Positions 62,601-64,000 of a stretch of DNA of 64,000 bases are shown here, piece after piece (the stretch's first letter is position 1; the number at the start of each line of letters is the position of its first letter). A model generated the notes under the pieces. The model did no database searches and was not told the DNA's origin. It saw only the letters and a program-made list of their open reading frames with translations. Origin of the DNA: Haliotis rufescens. Taxonomy: Eukaryota. A program made the position numbers and the translations under genes. The stretch is from positions 22,816,001-22,880,000 of the forward strand of contig NW_025963879.1 in assembly GCF_023055435.1 (NCBI RefSeq). Reading direction: 5' to 3'.

Positions 62601-63710
62601 TGTACACTGCACAACATAGAACAGACTCGGTGTACTCTGCAGAACATAGAACAGACTCGGTGTACACTGCAGAACATAGAACAGACTCAGTGTTCACTGC
62701 AGAACATAGAACAGACTCGGTGTACACTGCAGAACAGACTTGGTGTACACTGCAGAACATAGCACAGACTCGGTGTACACTGCAGAACAGACTCGGTGTA
62801 CACTGCAGAACATAGAACAGACTCGGTGTACACTGCAGAACATAGCACAGACTAGGTGTACACTGCAGAACATAGAACAGACTCGGTGTACACTGCAGAA
62901 CATAGAACAGACTCGGTGTACACTGCAGAACATAGAACAGACTAGGTGTACACTGCAGAACATAGAACAGACTCGGTGTACACTGCAGAACATTGAACAG
63001 ACTCGGTGTACACTGCAGAACAGACTCGATGTACACTGCAGAACATAGAACAGACTAGGTGTACACTGCAGAACAGACTTGGTGTACACTGCAGAACATA
63101 GAACAGACTCGGTGTACACTGCAGAACAGACTCGGTGTACACTGCAGAACATAGCACAGACTAGGTGTACACTGCAGAACATAGAACAGACTCGGTGTAC
63201 ACTGAAGAACATAGAACAGACTCGGTGTACACTGCAGAACATAGAACAGACTCGGTGTACACTGTAGAACATAGAACAGACTCGGTGTACACTGCAGAAC
63301 AGACTCGGTGTACACTGCAGAACATAGAACAGACTCGGTGTACACTGCAGAACATAGAACAGACTCGGTGTACACTGTAGAACATAGAACAGCTCTCAGT
63401 ATGACCAAGTTGACTGTATAAGTAACAAGGAACTCTCAATGCTCCAAATCTGGTCATATGTCTTTTTCAGAAATCAAACATCTTACCAAAAATGTTTTTT
63501 GCACTTTTACCAAAATCTTAAGGTGGAAAGTTTTACAACTGTCAGGGTTTTGTATAACAGCACATCTATTTACAGAACCAATTCTAGCCCAAATGTGACA
63601 CACAATTGATACAGAATAGGAACCTTACCTTTCTTAAACACACCAACTTCAGTGTCTGCAAACAGAGATTTAGCCTTCTCGTAGTCGTTGATCACAATGT
63701 TGTAGTCGCC
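32698..63710 (-). CDS. EXOC2: Exocyst complex component 2 (Sec5), 3' 20 coding exons; the 5' exons lie beyond the window
   Basis: Exons in transcript order: 63629-63710, 62144-62246, 61255-61367, 57906-57983, 55845-55889, 53769-53899, 52529-52579, 51677-51846, 50713-50834, 49402-49475, 48009-48092, 47467-47591, 46787-46859, 45742-45858, 38372-38513, 36939-36994, 36672-36794, 34669-34730, 33227-33283, 32698-32800 (TGA). All are GT-AG and phase-compatible. Motifs: [104 protein letters not shown]. Confidence 0.94.
34042..34451. mobile_element. hAT-type MITE
   Basis: tagggctgagac ... gtcccagcccta, subterminal gggtac repeats, perfect 8-bp TSD atcactaa (34034/34452). Confidence 0.87.
35750..36520 (+). 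mobile_element. Probable non-autonomous Helitron/Helentron-like element with internal diverged repeats (related fragment about 37620-37990)
   Basis: Internal repeats (aaaaggcaccacttcag, accaagtttgatgaaaa, caaagttgttgcc) and a 3' hairpin tatccccc...gggggata. Classification is inferred. Confidence 0.45.
37130..37294 (-). mobile_element. SINE family A copy
   Basis: Reverse complement of the 15702 family; TSD tgttacactgta (37118/37295). Confidence 0.9.
37350..37510 (-). mobile_element. SINE family A copy with B-box deletion
   Basis: TSD tgctcacatt (37340/37511). Confidence 0.88.
38585..38788. repeat. DIRS 3' inverted terminal repeat
   Basis: Reverse complement of 44868-45071. Confidence 0.95.
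38822..38916. repeat. DIRS internal complementary region (ICR)
   Basis: 38822-38875 is the reverse complement of 38549-38602, and 38876-38916 is the reverse complement of about 45046-45085. It spells the circular end-to-end junction gtttgtaaaa|ttctctttcag. Confidence 0.95.
39396..42728 (-). CDS. DIRS tyrosine recombinase ORF (YR domain in the C-terminal ~370 aa; N-terminal part overlaps the RT ORF)
   Basis: [61 protein letters not shown] and W...STFIKHY. True start codon uncertain. Confidence 0.9.
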   Translation of the reverse strand: MLCLIRWVPPSSLGLSRWSERPHSCMPPSRILRPCWRYHALNRVSGPLHLLPPTLTRRVRSLHLLGSSRFLQVRAPGGAREAGAGAGQLVEASSLFAGPGTHRVPISARSAPGGPTVACFRTADSRGLLPQAGCPRRRPTGSIPAGMGDSHIQSLDPVHSKGWPFASVETSSAPLLRDKAHSGACYPGEGGIPPCRGRRTSYEGCDRTGSRGTGKRGLLLDIFPSHQKRRRVQAYSQFEKAEQTYRGTVLQDGDTALGDLSCRDRRMANVNRPKRRLSPRTHTPRVQEIPQVFFRREVLSVQGSTIRDRYSPEGVHQADVDSRPSGQVKRSVLPSVPRRLVTKSSIAIPESDSYTTSDRYSDHSRVDSQSQEVRSEPYSESSLPRGEFQHGERTCISVTRSHYQGQKCYFPVPSVRQSHCSYMAPVTGQHGGDSGCGLAGALENETHSTSAPSTLGELGRSRDCSRDSAVAQCTPSVVDRGRESVPGAPPRHSRAISHSSNRRVTLRLGRRSERSHCLGTMVPAGDQTAYQCARTESGQVGVPTLPGSASWPSGASRDGQPNGDDLHPEAGGNGVSVASPRDVAVPPMVRLTRYQGATCLSPGGRQRPCGRSVSPDPRSSRVEARPGDIRDYLPVIRVVPGGSVCVWGESPDTNVLLPSPRPEVGGTGRLPARLDGQNTVGMPPSTSDFQGPVSASHSACATTCAPGTPLVGAELVSSHTQVSGSASCSITFTTGPPIPERGPPPESQDSVGGLATVRNRLQESGIPARVADTILASRRDSTNVQYEDRWACYARWCVDRRIADPFSADLVAVLEFLQSRLDVGLAASTVRGYSTAIAAFHVPVDGALLGAHPLVQRFLAGVDRIRPPVRRISPPWELSIVLDWLSGPSFRDLSSLSLQLLSWKTAFLVAVTSGRQVGDIHAMSADPELTVFHRDRVSIRLPDSYRPKVAHAFHVTAPIELPALSQPSSSGTTTRHAHVLDVRRTVKSYISRTKGIRKDNQLFCCYGGRKAGSPASKQTISRWIVSTICTAYTLQGRDPPTKLKAHSVRAVATTQAYAAALPIEEICSAAIWSQPSTFIKHYQLVKHSSERARFGQSVLRTGQSTTSLAD
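40295..42508 (-). CDS. DIRS pol ORF: reverse transcriptase, RNase H and Dam-like DNA adenine methyltransferase domain
   Basis: [27 protein letters not shown]; [29 protein letters not shown]; VDLFAS...DAFQLDW. The frame stays open upstream of the track's TTG start (42235) through [13 protein letters not shown] to a TAA near 42510, with no ATG. Confidence 0.93.
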   Translation of the reverse strand, partial: GRREEQERQGPGQGSWSRPAAFSRGREPIGFPLAPEAPREDPRSHVFELPTAGVCCLKPDVPVGGRLALFLQEWETVTSNPWTLSTLRDGHLPRWKHHPPPFSGIKHTPVPATLERAEFLRAEVDALLMKAAIEPVPVGQESEGFYSTYFLVTKKDGGFRPILNLRRLNKLIEVPSFRMETLRSVISAVETGEWLTSIDLKDAYLHVPIHPEFKKYLRFSFDGRCYQFRVLPFGIATAPRVFTKLMLIPAQVARSKGRFCHPYLDDWLLRALSQSLSQIATQQVIDILITLGWIVNLKKSDLSPTQNLVFLGANFNTVSGLVSLSQDRITKVRSVTSQFLLSASHTARTWLQLLGNMAATVDVVWRARLRMRPIQQALRRLWVNSEDLETVLETPQWLNAHLQWWTEVGNLSRGLPLDTPVPSLTVQTDASLSGWGGVLNDHTASGLWSQQEIKLHINVLELRAVRLVFQRFLDLLRGQVVRLEMDNQTAMTYIRKQGGTVSPSLLQETWQFLLWCDSHVIRVLPVYLPGVDNVRADALSRRILAPHEWRLDPGIFGIISQLYGSFQVDLFASGVNHQTPTFCSRVPDPRSVAPDAFQLDWTDRILWACPQVPLISKVLSQLATQPARLLVLLAPLWSAQSWFPVILRFLAQPPVLLPLRPDLLSQNEALHPNPRIQWVAWPLSGIASRRAVFLHELQTQYWLHGGIRQTFSTRIDGPAMRAGVSIEGLQIPFLQIS
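42409..44796 (-). CDS. DIRS gag-like ORF1, probably two exons (44782-44796 and 42409-44295), 633 aa
   Basis: N-terminal Cys/His cluster CTGC...HDTCIKCL...H...CPIC, low-complexity linker, RRLWM...LLALPY...LFP and an RG-rich tail. The ORF is certain; the spliced start is inferred. Confidence 0.85.
44868..45071. repeat. DIRS 5' inverted terminal repeat
   Basis: Reverse complement of 38585-38788. Confidence 0.95.
45201..45495 (-). mobile_element. SINE family C copy, 5'-truncated
   Basis: Homologous to 60872-61215. Confidence 0.8.
47167..47475 (-). repeat. Degenerate ~65-bp tandem repeat starting at the donor of EXOC2 exon 47467-47591
   Basis: ctctccaccatcactagg...cacgatgttgagacactgact units, about 4.5 copies. 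Confidence 0.75.
47786..47892. mobile_element. Short palindromic MITE (Harbinger-like)
   Basis: ggccccgttccacaaagtgatctta ... taagatcactttgtggaatggggcc. Confidence 0.75.
48301..48959. mobile_element. pogo/Tigger-like MITE
   Basis: ta|cagtagaaca ... tgttctactg|ta with subterminal atagcgaac / ataacgaac repeats. Confidence 0.78.
49079..49241 (-). mobile_element. Diverged SINE family A copy
   Basis: TSD atcactaag (49070/49242). Confidence 0.75.
50838..51545. repeat. Degenerate ~20-bp/10-bp repeat (gacacagtcagatacagtgt) abutting the acceptor of EXOC2 exon 50713-50834
   Basis: Begins within the polypyrimidine tract and includes an internal ~200-bp duplication containing a SINE-tail fragment. Confidence 0.85.
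53977..55464. repeat. 28-bp minisatellite, about 53 copies
   Basis: Unit actatcaccatactgttgcaacaattgt; starts about 75 nt from the acceptor at 53900. Confidence 0.97.
55705..55740. repeat. (GGAT)n microsatellite
   Basis: About 8 units. Confidence 0.9.
57208..57400. repeat. 21-bp tandem repeat, about 9 copies
   Basis: Unit gtgatgtcatagcattccatg. Confidence 0.92.
58630..61247. repeat. 41-bp minisatellite, about 54 copies, interrupted by a SINE and reaching the donor of EXOC2 exon 61255-61367
   Basis: Unit ggccccagtatttagatacaaggacaggcttataccagtgt; the last partial unit is at 61216-61247. Confidence 0.96.
60872..61215 (-). mobile_element. SINE family C (V-SINE-like) inserted in the 41-bp array
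   Basis: tRNA head with B box ggttcgattccc on the minus strand, (cacct)n tail, flanking duplication ttagatacaagg (60860/61216). Confidence 0.87.
61700..62055. repeat. Degenerate ~55-bp tandem repeat
   Basis: ctactatacctgaatccccacagagagacaagcatcacttaagggga units, about 6-7 copies. Confidence 0.8.
62241..63400 (-). repeat. 30-bp (some 20-bp) minisatellite spanning the acceptor of EXOC2 exon 62144-62246, about 40 copies
   Basis: Minus-strand unit gagtctgttctatgttctgcag|tgtacacc equals the true acceptor plus the first exon bases (cag|TGTACC). Confidence 0.95.
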
Positions 63711-63736
63711 CTGAAACCAAAAACATTAACTGTTGA

Positions 63737-64000
63737 TCTTATCACTGCCTGTGTCGCCCTTGGAGAAATCCTACTAGTCATCTTATCACTGCCTGTGTCG
63801 CCCTGGGAGAAATCCCACTAGTCATCTTATCACTGCCTGCGTCGCCCTGGGAGAAATCCTACTAGTCATCTTATCACTGCCTGTGTCGCCCTGGGAGAAA
63901 TCCTACTAGTCATCTTGTCACTGCCTGTGTAAGCCTTGGAGAAATCCTACTAGTCATCTTATCACTGCCTGTGTCGCCCTGGGAGAAATCCTACTAGTCA
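63737..64000 (-). repeat. 44-bp tandem repeat next to the acceptor of EXOC2 exon 63629-63710, truncated by the window end
   Basis: Minus-strand unit contains atttctcccag|ggcgac, matching the true acceptor tttcag|GGCGAC. Confidence 0.9.

Overview
Animal (eukaryotic) genomic DNA. The repeat content resembles a gastropod mollusc such as abalone, but that is an inference. Three host genes were assembled by hand from splice sites and reading-frame phase. (1) A UDP-glycosyltransferase with a single-exon CDS (- strand, 3541-5103). (2) A complete 17-exon HEATR3 (+ strand, 10905-27841, 636 aa). (3) The last 20 coding exons of EXOC2/Sec5 (- strand, 32698-63710; the 5' part lies beyond the window). An EXOC2 intron carries a full-length, apparently young DIRS1-type tyrosine-recombinase retrotransposon (about 38549-45085) with ITRs, an internal complementary region, gag, RT/RNaseH/methyltransferase and YR ORFs. 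Its gag appears to be split by a spliceosomal intron. The rest is SINE-like elements of four families, MITEs, a Tc1 fossil and many minisatellites. The most striking unexplained pattern is that many intronic minisatellites in both multi-exon genes are anchored on exon-intron junctions. Several are amplified copies of the splice site itself, forming arrays of decoy donors or acceptors. A second candidate novelty is a covarying multi-stem RNA structure at the sharp 5' end of a headless SINE-like family. All coordinates were counted by eye and may be off by a few nt.
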